The notes beneath the pieces were generated by a model. The model searched no databases. It was not told the DNA's origin and saw only the letters and a program-made list of their open reading frames with translations. Of a DNA stretch of 64,000 nt, positions 1 through 10,572 are shown in pieces (position 1 is the stretch's first letter; each line of letters begins with the position of its first letter). The stretch comes from Oopsacas minuta (Eukaryota; Animalia; Porifera), in assembly GCA_024704765.1 (NCBI GenBank), contig JAKMXF010000311.1:310001-374000 (forward strand). The letters run 5' to 3'. Position numbers and translations under genes: made by a program.

Positions 1-3000
1 CAGAAGTAACAAGAAGGAATGCCATACAATGCTTCACTTATCCCAGATCAAGATGTGTTACAGAAACACAAGTATTCTCAACTAACACTTCTCTATTCAT
101 AGGAAATAGTACGGTTGTAGATTTAGAATCAGAGCTACGAGTTTTTAGAGTGCTTAATAAACTGTTGGCGAATTTTACTGGAATGCAGTTAGGCTGTGAG
201 GGATTCTACCAAACTCTTATTTGCTTATATCTATACACACCATGCTTTGAGGAAAAACCGTTGAGATTTTGTGAAGAATCATGTATAGCCATCAAGGAAT
301 CTCAATGTACAATTAATTCAAACCTCTTCACAGTAGTTGCCGAGACGTTAAACGATTCAATATTTAGCGAAGTTAATTTCGAAGATTGTACTGAATTAAA
401 CCAGCGCGTAGACGGTTATCCAGAGATAGAAAGTCAGGATTATAGTGCAGGATTAGGCTGTACATATGTTGGATTACCTGGTGCGAAAAATGCAGTGAAC
501 GGACAGGTTAAATTAGTGACAGATGACACACATGATTCTACAAATATTTATGCTACGTCGTCAGATGGTGTAGTGCAAGTGTTGAATCTTGCGGCGAATA
601 TTTGGGGAGATGTTTGCATCGAGGAAGGGATGAGTGATGAAGAAAGGGAGAAAATTGCTCATGTCGTGTGTAATAGTATTGATTATCCAGGAGGACATAC
701 TGAGGTAAGGATCATATACACATATGATACAAATTTCTAAACTGGGGGGTCAAGGAATTTGAAACAGCGGTTCCCAACCTTTACGCCCGTGGAGCGTGGA
801 CTCCCTACTGTCGCCCGTGGTCCACCAAGGGGTCCATGTTCTCTAAGTTGGGAACCGCGAACATCTGCCTTGAGGCATCAAAGTTTTTTTTGAAAAATTA
901 CGTTTCAACGGCTAGTCGAGTATGGAGATTCAAATATTGATATTTTCAAATATTTTTCCATATGATTCAGTATATGATTGATCATATTTCACACTTTCTA
1001 TGTAAATTCGATGAGTTTTATGAAATGAAATTTCTCTAGTCTTTTATCGGAGGACCTTCAACATCATCAGGGTACTATATGATAAACCAGCTAAGCTGTA
1101 ATGGCAATGAATCTCAGCTATCTGACTGTATACACAATGGTTATGATTACAAGAATTGTGCAATTGACAGGCGATTACATGTAAGTTGTAGTAAAGAGTT
1201 AGGATCTCTACGGCTAGATAATGAACAGAGAGGAGACCATATGGTATCTGGGGTACCGATTATACAGCTGACGAGCGGTGTAGCTGAATTCTGTGCGGAC
1301 ACGTTCACGATGGAAACCGGGAATGTAATCTGTAATTATATTGACGCTTCGTTCCCAAACTTAACTATAACTTATTCTGGTCAGTTTGAAAATGAAGATA
1401 TCGAATTGGCTACTTTTAATTGTGATGGAGGTGAAGCGCGTATTCTCCAGTGCGAACAGGTCAATATATCATGCCCATCGAATGAGAGAGTATTGATATT
1501 TTGTGAAAACTTAGAACCAGATACAAGGATTTTCATCAATTTAACCCCCATGGAAAGCGTAATACTCGGAGCTAGTATAATAATACTCATTCTATTGCTG
1601 ACCATATGTTTTGTTATTATAATGTTCTGTCGATACAGAAATACCACAAACAAGAAAATACAAGGGAATCTTTCTAATACATTAACAATGAGAACCATGA
1701 ATACTTCTGTTTCTATCACAGGCCAATATCGCCTCCCACAGACCGCAAGCAATGGCTCCACTGCAACCAGACCCATCATAGACTATGATTATAACCCAAG
1801 AGGATACGCCATCGAAAACAAAAATAATTCAAAATCTCTACCGAAAGAAGAAAGCACAGTAAGTCCAATACAAAACTACATGGTTACTACATTAGGAGCA
1901 GAGAGCCTACCTACGGATGTAGAGCTCACTAAAAACTACATAACGGAGTATTGCGGGGCGGATATATGTGATTATTTTATACCTATGGATAAATTGGAAC
2001 TTGGGGATAAAATTGGAGAGGGTGCGTTTGGGGTGGTGTATAAGGGGAAGATTCTGGAGAAGGAAGAAGCAGTTGCGGTAAAGACTTTGAAAGACTCTTT
2101 TAAAGATCAAGAGCTGAAGGAATTACTTCTTGAATGTGCTGTTTTAAAGGATCTACAACATGCTAATATAGTGGGTAAGTTGAAACTGAATAAAGAACTC
2201 ATTTTCACATTAATAGCCCAGATCTATGTATCTATTAGGACACTGTTCCACCGCCCGCATTTAGTTTACCTACCATATCAATATTTTCATTATTTCACCA
2301 TTTTATCAGTAATATTCAACTACGCAATACATTTACTAAGTAACGGGTGAAGAGTAGTGAGTCATTGGTGCATTTCCATGAATTGCTACTTCGTATCATG
2401 ATAACGTCATAACATACTGAAATGCCGCCCGCAGACATCATAAGCGGAAACAAGTTCCTCATTATAACTATATTTACATAGGACTTTTGGCTCTCACATA
2501 CAACGGAAGAAGGCCTTACGCAATTATCCCATTCATGGCTAAAGGAGACCTAAAAGCATATCTAAAGAGTGTTAGAGTTAAAGCATTAAACTCACTGGAG
2601 CTTCCTGAAGAATTGAGTGAAAAACTATTAGCTAGAATATCACTAGACATAACTAGAGGAATGGAATACCTCACATATAAACGGTATGTACATAGAGATC
2701 TAGCTGCTAGAAACTGCGTATTAGATGAGGATTACAGTGTGAAAGTTTCAGACTTCGGTCTGAGCAGGGAAATATACGTAGATGATTATTACAGGCACGT
2801 GGGCGCTGGCGAGAAGTTACCTGCGAAGTGGATGTCGCCAGAAAGTCTCGATGATAGTGTGTATGATGAAAAAACTGATGTATGGTCATTTGGCGTAGTG
2901 CTTTGGGAAATATACAGTCTAGGCCGTAATCCATATCCGGGAGTTGATAACCATGAAATTTCGGTGTTTCTTAAGAATGGTAAGCGAATGGAAAGGCCGA

Positions 3001-3698
3001 AAATGTGTCCTGTTGATATATACGATTTGATGCAGTATTGCTGGCAAGGGTCACCCGATCAAAGACCTACGTTCAGTATTATAACTAACTATCTAGAAAC
3101 TTTGAATGTATTAGAAATTAGCCAGGATTTGCATAAGAGTCATGTGATTGACTGTAGTGTAATAAAAGAAGAGGAAGACAAACTACGAGATTTAGAATAC
3201 ATCGAAGAGGATATAGAAAAGAGAAGACTGCATAGACAAGATGCTGTGTCGATACGTACACCCACGCCGTACACAGCTTGCAAAGTTATACGTTTTGAGC
3301 ATCTAGCTTCACGCATTGATAAATCCGATCAAAAAGCATTCATGCTGAAGTGTGCTAAATCTGTATCAATGGATAGCAACAAGTTCAGGCCATGCGAGCA
3401 TTACATTATACCCCACTTAAGTATGTCTATTCCTATTAAAGATGAAGAGCACAGAGAAAGGACTCGATCACTGAATACTGTACGTATCAAATACACTCGA
3501 CAGGAGAAGATCAATCGTCATACGTGGATTGGATCAGTGAGTGGCGAGGATTCAGATAAATATCAGCCAATTGAATCGCCTTCTAGACGATTGATGATTC
3601 CACCACCAAGGCAACATAAGAATAAAACTAGAGGGAAATTATCTCAACAAAGTAGTACGGATGAGAGGAGGGAATTTACTAAAACTTCTAATTTTTAA
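1..3698 (+). CDS. Receptor tyrosine kinase: Frizzled-type CRD, two SRCR domains, TM, tyrosine kinase (5' partial)
   Basis: Frame open from base 3. Exons approx <3-704, 1040-2174, 2482-3698 with GT-AG introns in phase. FZ cysteine pattern (CFTYPRSRC...LICLYLYTPC...FCEESC), two SRCR-like repeats, TM VILGASIIILILLLTICFVIIMFC. Kinase motifs GEGAFG, VAVK, HRDLAARN, DFG and activation loop YVDDYY. Confidence 0.9.
765..859. mobile_element. Short non-autonomous element with hAT-like TIR (GCGGTTCCCAAC)
   Basis: 12-bp inverted ends cagcggttcccaac / gttgggaaccgcg, in RTK intron 1. Related copies at approx 24740-24797, 34055-34095 and 59344-59442. No clear TSD seen. Confidence 0.55.
2335..2470. repeat. 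Interspersed intronic repeat (family D)
   Basis: Shares actaa(g/c)taacgggtga..agtagtga and aaacaagtt.ctcatt blocks with 8566-8755 and 53908-53990. Confidence 0.55.
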
Positions 3699-3790
3699 AT
3701 AGTAATATACTTTGAACTTTGAACTACGTAATGTTAAATTTGTGCATATTGTTGTACGTATGTATGTTTTGTGGACAAGTGAGTTAATTA

Positions 3791-4135
3791 AGGGCCTTGA
3801 TTACTATTGGTTACTATTGATTACTAGTGAGTAATTACGATTACTGGAATCTTGTACTCGATTACATTTGCAAACTCGAACAGGTTTTCATTTCCCTGAG
3901 GGTCGGAGTTACCGGATGTTAACTATATCTACGATCGATTACATTTGATTACAATCGATTACAATCATTACAATCCAATTAAGCACAGGAGTTTCATGCG
4001 GCGCACGAAAAATATGGCCAGTGTAGTGTGCTTATTTGGAATTATTTGACCACAACCACATATGGTCGTGAGTAATTACTATTATGATCATGATTATGAT
4101 TATAAAAATTGTATTCGTAATCAGCACCAACGCTG
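3791..4135. mobile_element. GATTAC-rich non-autonomous element
   Basis: Many GATTAC/GTAATC motifs. One end reads cagcgttgg..gattac on the minus strand, resembling caggtttggggacgattac at 39936-40100. A fragment occurs at 41845-41893. Confidence 0.5.
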
Positions 4136-4138
4136 TAA

Positions 4139-6338
4139 TTACGAATATCTAACCTCATTTATAGATTGTATTCTCCGTTCATAATGCTGTTTCTTTGACA
4201 TAGCAATCAAGTCTTTTCTCCCTGTAACTCCTTGCTGTTTCCTCTCTAGTTCATCTTGTAGCTCTAACTTACGGCTACTAGCACCCATCTATACAAAAAT
4301 TACATAGAATAATCTCCAATAAAAAATGGATTAAAATTGTATCAGTAGCAATCTCAGGCTATCATTTGGAAAAACAGACAGATAAATTTGGAAATATTTC
4401 CCTAAATTTTTTGTAAAAATCCGGAATAATCCCAGAAATAACCCAGAATACGCACCTGGTTAATCAAGTGAATTTCGCTAACTTTTCGTTCTTCTTCCTG
4501 CGCTTTTCTTCTCAACTCATTCAAATGACTCTGTCTACGATCATTAGCTCCTTGTAGCTTAGCTTGCATATCTATTCTCTTCTGGACTCTCTCTTCATCT
4601 TTGGAAGCCTGCATTTCTTTGACCTTGTTGTAAACATTGATAATTTTCGAATAGAAATGAGAATTGTTGATTTAATCGATTACGGTCTTATGTTACTCTC
4701 GTAATTAATCGGGACACAATGTTTTACCCAATTCACAAAATTCCAAATTTTCCAGAAGGATTATTTTAAAAAAATTACTTTAGTTCGTTGTAACCGTAGT
4801 CGATCTTGCTTTTCTTCATTAATTTTATTTCTCTGTTCCTTCGCTTTAGCCATTCTTTGTTCTAAAGTCTCTCTTGATTCTCTTGGAGATTTCTTGTTAG
4901 AAGATGCTAGTTTCTCAGATAACTGTTTCTGTCTATCTAATAATTACACAAAGATAACCACAGTATATTTACTGCTATTCAAACTAACAACATAAATACA
5001 AGATGGTCCTCTCTATGTGGTTATTAGCTAATTAACCATGGATGGCGAATTTAGTATATTCTATTCAACTTTATGTAATAATTTTAGTAATAATTATATA
5101 ACAATACTCACTACGTGATTGTTGTCCAAGTCTGTGATCTACTCCACTAGGATAAATAGTACTAAATCCAGGTCCTACTTCTATCCGTTGATCAGCTATA
5201 GTAGTATAAGCTGTGTGATGATGCTTGTAGTTAATAAACCCGGGAGTAGGAGATACAGCTCGTGATGAATTGTGGGATATAGTACGTTGTATTACCTCGC
5301 TCCACAGCTGTTGAGGTGGGTCTATTAGGGGAGTCGTTTCAGCAGGAACCTATAAATTGAATCTCTTGATACTTTAGTATAAATATGTAAGAAAAACCGG
5401 TCTCGAATGTACAATATTAAGTAATACTCACATTTACGCTATCAGATATTTCTGTATTCATTGCACTAGGGGTTGGGTCTTGATTCCCTAACAACGGAGA
5501 ATTGGTATCAGGATGTATAGTAGGTTCTGTAATAACATCTTCTGTATTGTCTATTAAGTCATCAGAACAGGGAGAATTCGTGCAAGAGAGGATTAGTGAA
5601 TTGTTTGGTGAGCTATTAGACTGCGTAGGAGATACAACTTGTATATTACTATGCTGTGAGGATGCTGAACCTTCACTTAAGATTCTCTAAAAAAAGATTG
5701 AATATATTTAATGAAAATTATGGAATATTCGTTATAAACCTTTTCTTGTAAAGCTTGTAGCTTTGAGTGTAAATCAAAGAATTCTTTACTGGAATTAATA
5801 AGAATATCTAACACAAGTTGACAGTCAGGCACACTCTGTTCTGATTCACAATACCTATAAGAAATATACTAAAAATATCAATAATAATATCCGTAAATTA
5901 ACGTAATAATCTTATGAGGTTTGTAAGCATGGTAAAATACCTGTATATATCTCTGAGTATAAAGTTCAACTGCTCTAACCAGCTCCAATGATCGAGTTTA
6001 ATCGAGCCATTAGATAGAGTATTCTCTCTACCTTGTGATGACGTAATACTATGTTTATCATCATTATCAAAACTCGTATCATTCGAATCAACAATATGGT
6101 GTTGAAAATTCTGTTGGTTTGAATAGTCATAAAGTTGTGGCAATTCTGGACCAGGGAATATAGGTACACTCATCTGTGGATAAGCTCCTGGCATTAGGGT
6201 GTATGGTGCAGGCTGTAAGCATTGTAAGAGAGGAGGTTGTGATGGTATAAAGAAGTTTACTGGTCCTCCGATGCTTGTTGATGGTAGGAATACTTGTTCT
6301 GGTATTGGTAAGAGTTGGAAGCCTTCCAGAGATGCCAT
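4139..6338 (-). CDS. SCAPER: SCAPER-like protein, N-terminal approx 500 aa (3' end uncertain)
   Basis: Seven exons. YCESEQSVPDCQLVL matches SCAPER TCESDQSVVECKEVL; KAQEEERKVSEIHLINQ matches KAQEEEAKVNEIAFINT; EKLASSNKK matches EKLSSPSRK. The last visible exon ends at a GT donor (4153) or an in-frame TAA (4139-4141). Confidence 0.75.
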
Positions 6339-6513
6339 TTGGTTGCTAGGTTACAGTGGTAAGGTATTTTAGCTTGCATACAGTGTAACCTCCACAAACG
6401 GCAGCGGATTGCCATAACAGAAAAATTGTACTTAGAGTTGTACTATAAAACTTTAATGCAAAAATATACATATCTTCACAATTAATAACACTACAATATT
6501 GTAATTCAGTTTG

Positions 6514-9500
6514 TTAACTAAAAGTGTTTTTCCTGTGAACTTTGCAAATTGAACCCAGCTGTCCTCAACTTAGCCCAGTTTACATTATTAAATATTGGAT
6601 GCTGTTTTATACTATTAACGTAATGCAATCGTTCTGTACAATTGAATGTGAGTAATTGTGAAACAAATGAACACACGTGATCTCTATTAAGTGTGGATTG
6701 TGTGAAACATCTTGGTGGGAAATAAACTGCTTTTCCTTCTGTGAAACCCTCTGGATGCGTGAGGGAAAGTTTCTGACCGGTGACGAGTTCGTAACATATC
6801 GCACCAAGACTCCACCAATCTGCAGCTTCAGTATAAACAGGGGTAATTGGGTGTGTACATTCATGTGCTATGTAAGGGAGGTTTCTAGAGTGTTGGAGGG
6901 AGTCTGGGAGATCTTCCCAGCGAATCGGGTAGGTTAATTTTATGGAATTGTTTGTGTCTGTTATGATAACATCCCAAGGGCAGAGATGGAGATAAAATAA
7001 CCCTAATAAAGGAAAACATAAAACAATACCCGTACTCTTACTTAACTGAACGCAAAACTCATAATTCGAACTCTCGGGAGTTTACCATATATGGTAATAA
7101 GCTTACCTAATACATGTAGTTCTTCTAGTGTACTAATAAGCTGAGTAGTCCAACGTATGAAATCATCTCCTCTATGCTGAAGAAAATCTCCCCTGTACTG
7201 TACCGCTATGTCTGATAAATCACGTCCCGGTACGTATTCCAGCATCATATACACTAAATGTGAACTCTGAACTGAACCGAGTAATTGCACAATGTTTGTG
7301 TGTGGAGATGAGTGAATGAGGTTACGTGACATGCGTATGTGTCTGTGCCTAACGTCTACGTAGTTTATCTTGCTTTTCTGGACGGTTTTAAGGAGGAATG
7401 GTTGTTGTCCTGAATCGAGGTTTTTAGTAGATTGTACGAGGAGAAATTTGTTTTTTATAACTCGAATAACTTTCAATTCATCGAGTGTTAAAGGAGTTTT
7501 AAATGTTTGTTTATTTTCATTTTCTGAGGGAAATTTGCGAGAATTTTCGCTTTGTAAATTCAACTCATTTAACTGTGTTTTAACTTGCTCAGCATATGTA
7601 AGATATTTCTTCAAAGAAGTTCTAAGTTTTTTCCTGTAATTAGCGTCCAAATTTTGATTTCTTGTAGCATCAAAAAACATCTCAATCCCTTTCTCTAGCT
7701 GAGTAAGGCCCTCCTCTAATTTCCCTTGTTTACACAACTCTATACCCTCACTGTACAACTCCCTACCTTGTGTTACGCCCTCAAATCCAGCTATCGCCGT
7801 GTCTTCAGAGTTTGAAATATTGACAGGGTTTGGACAAGGGATGTCATCTTGTATTATATTTACTGTTTGACAGGTGTCTAATGGTAATATCTCGTAAACA
7901 GAGTGTACAGACCGCGGCTGTGCCTGTTTTTGTTGTCTTTTCTTTGACCTAGAATGCTGTCTTGTTTGTTCCTCCAATTCTTTGAGAGCATTCTCTGTCT
8001 CATCAACTACACTATCCCACCATTCTGTATCAACTATAACATTATCTGTGACGTTATCATTAATAGGTTTACTTTCATCGCTTGTAATACCATTTGAATT
8101 AATTACAGGAGTTTCTGATGAAATAATTTCAATATTATTCTCAGGTTGTATTATGGTATCCAACGTAGATGGGTTAATGGAATGTAGCTCTGTTTCAGCT
8201 TGATAACTGTCATCAGATCCTGATTCTTTACTCGCAATAATATTAGACTCGTTTGAAAAACAAATATCAGTTTCTGCATCATATCCATGGTTAGAACAAG
8301 ATAGAGATTGGTACGGACTGGTACTTGTATTCTCTGCTAGGTTATTTGATTTAGTTGGTGAACTATTTCGTTCTGATTCAGATGTTATAACTAACGTTTG
8401 TAGGACATCTATTGTCTGTTCGTGACTGCTTGACATATCTCTCTCTAATAATAAATTAAAATTACTCAATTGGTCACTGGGGGTAGTTGTACTTGTTTCA
8501 GCTCCACCGCCCACATCAAGTTTACCTGCCGGTATGAATATTGCCATTATTTCACCATCTTATCAGTGACTAACGGGTGACTAGTAGTGATTTTATCATC
8601 ACAGACCTTCTTTAACAAGCTTAATTAACATATTTAGATGTAGAGTCATTGAAATATAACCATGGATTAGCCACGTTTTATTATGATGTCGCCCGCTCGC
8701 ATGCCTTGATGGACATCATGTGGAACTGAAACAAGTTTCTCATTAACATTTTAACAGGGCCTTATATAATCCTGTTATGAATATTGAATCATCCTGTGGC
8801 ATAAATTTATGGGTAGTTTTGTCTATAATATGATTTCGTAATTACATACTTACCACATTCCTGAATAGAACTGGAGCTTTTAAATGACAATTGATTCTGT
8901 TCATTCGAGAATAGAGGATTGCTACAAGCTTCGTTTAACGTTGAGTGTCTGTATTTTGGAAAATTGAAATTTTCTTTACCAAATGTAGGTACACTGCTTC
9001 TCCTAGTTGAATGTATTAGAAAACCTGAAAATTCTTTTGAACGTAGAATATCTTCAGAATGAGAAATGTCTTTGAAAAAATTGAAAATATTCTGTTTTCT
9101 TGACTCAATAACCTGAAAATCACGAAAAAATGACTTATATATTATTTCAGGAATCTCTATCTAGGAATATTCGTGCTAAATATAGAATATATTTAGAAAT
9201 AGCAAAATTAGTGTTGAAGAGATCGATGTCAGCATTTTTCAATTTTGTATACAATCGTGGATTTAATGGATTTAGTGTATATGAAGATTTGATCCAAAGA
9301 TTAATAATAGCAATTATTTCAGGAACTTCGAGTTCATTTCATACTGGAAATAATTCTTCTAATAGTAAGGGAAATTCGTGCAAATACGTCTTGCTAATAG
9401 ACGAACTCCGCTGCAAAACGAGGGTCTATACAGCATGCATAAAAATAATATCTAAAAGGCCCCAGTATAGTGTAGTCTCGTCTACATTTTGCAATTTTGA

Positions 9501-9864
9501 GCATATAAAATTGGATTATAGTTACGGAGATATGGCCCTGTAAAGTGGTTGTGCCACATTCAATTGGGGCTAAAAGTTTCATTACAAGTGAATTTTCGCA
9601 ATTTAACCGCAGAACATAACTTACCTCAGGTTTAAACCTATCAAGATACGAGCCTTTAGGTAGTATACTCAGCTTAGAATATCTCTTAGAAAGTACTTTA
9701 TACAAATCCCTAACTTCACTGTATCTCCTCCATATAATCTCTGTTATTTCCTTATCATTACAGTCTGTATAAGTGTATGATAACTCATAGAATGTTATAC
9801 CTGTCGATGATAGCTTCGTGCTTCCAACAGTGAAGTTATACGATTTGTTGTTAGTGATTGACAT
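6514..9864 (-). CDS. RPS6KC1: RPS6KC1-like PX-MIT-pseudokinase
   Basis: Exons approx 9864-9625, 9112-8980, 8558-7109, 7002-6514. PX domain (IIWRRYSEVRDLYK..RFKPE|VIESRKQ), MIT domain (YLTYAEQV), and kinase C-lobe LTYPIRW...ADWWSLGAICYELVTG matching RPS6KC1 LTYFSRW...DWWSLGAVLFELLTG. Confidence 0.85.
8566..8755. repeat. Interspersed intronic repeat (family D), longest copy
   Basis: About 80 bp near-identical to 53908-53990 (taacgggtga...cacagacc...aattaacatatttaga.gtagagt). The 3' part is similar to 2400-2470. Confidence 0.6.
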
Positions 9865-10107
9865 AAATTGGCTATATGAATAATAGGCAAATAGAGTTTG
9901 GGTTTTGATGCTAAGTTGAATGAAATTCGTTTGAATTACACTAAATTTTTAATATACAAGTATTTCTTTGAAAGATTAATAATACGTCATTTGCAAATTC
10001 TAATACTTGTCTTTAATTGTCTCACAATTTGTAGATACATATAAATTTACATCCATAAATAGCAAATTCATGGTATTAGTAGGGAAAAGGCATAAACATT
10101 TCATATA

Positions 10108-10314
10108 TAGTAAATGCTGGTTATAAGACCATCCTCTGGAAAACGGTTCGTGTATATTCCTGTATATTTATGCTGACAGATGTCTCTGCTATTTAGAAGA
10201 CCCCCCTGGTGGAGGAGAGCTGCTAAGATGAATGATGACTATGGGGGAGGTTCTTTACGATATAAGAACATGTATGACTACTCCCAAGGGTGTTCATATA
10301 ACCGGCATCAACTC
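10108..10314. mobile_element. TA-flanked MITE, family B (GTTATAAGAAC)
   Basis: Inverted ends (atgctggttataag / tataaccggcat) flanked by TA. Homologous to 30715-30868, 43020-43085 and 47014-47147. Confidence 0.6.
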
Positions 10315-10572
10315 TATTTCCCTTGATTCTATATAATAGATCTCATAACATATATTCGGCAGTTAAAAACACTGCCTCCTATGATTATCCCATAAAGAAT
10401 AATAAAGTCAACTTTTCAAAATAAAGTATTGTATAATTAGAAAAGGAAAGTAGAGAAGAAACTATTCTAAACAGATCTTAATGATGTCGGGGAAGGAGAA
10501 TCTTTCTAAATTTAGACTAAAGAAATGCCAAAATTATATCTAATAAATTTCGCTAAAGAAATCAATCTATTT

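Noticed and set aside
1381-2934. Minus-strand ORFs 1381-1779, 1907-2110 and 2707-2934
   Set aside because: Antisense shadows of RTK exons with no recognisable motifs.
6607-6937. ORFs 6607-6864 (-) and 6677-6937 (+) as small standalone genes
   Set aside because: The region is the final RPS6KC1-like exon in a third frame (LTYPIRW...DWWSLG).
9130-9543. 137-aa plus-strand ORF inside RPS6KC1 intron 1
   Set aside because: No motif; AT-rich sequence resembling a decayed DNA-element remnant. It cannot be supported as a nested gene without expression data.
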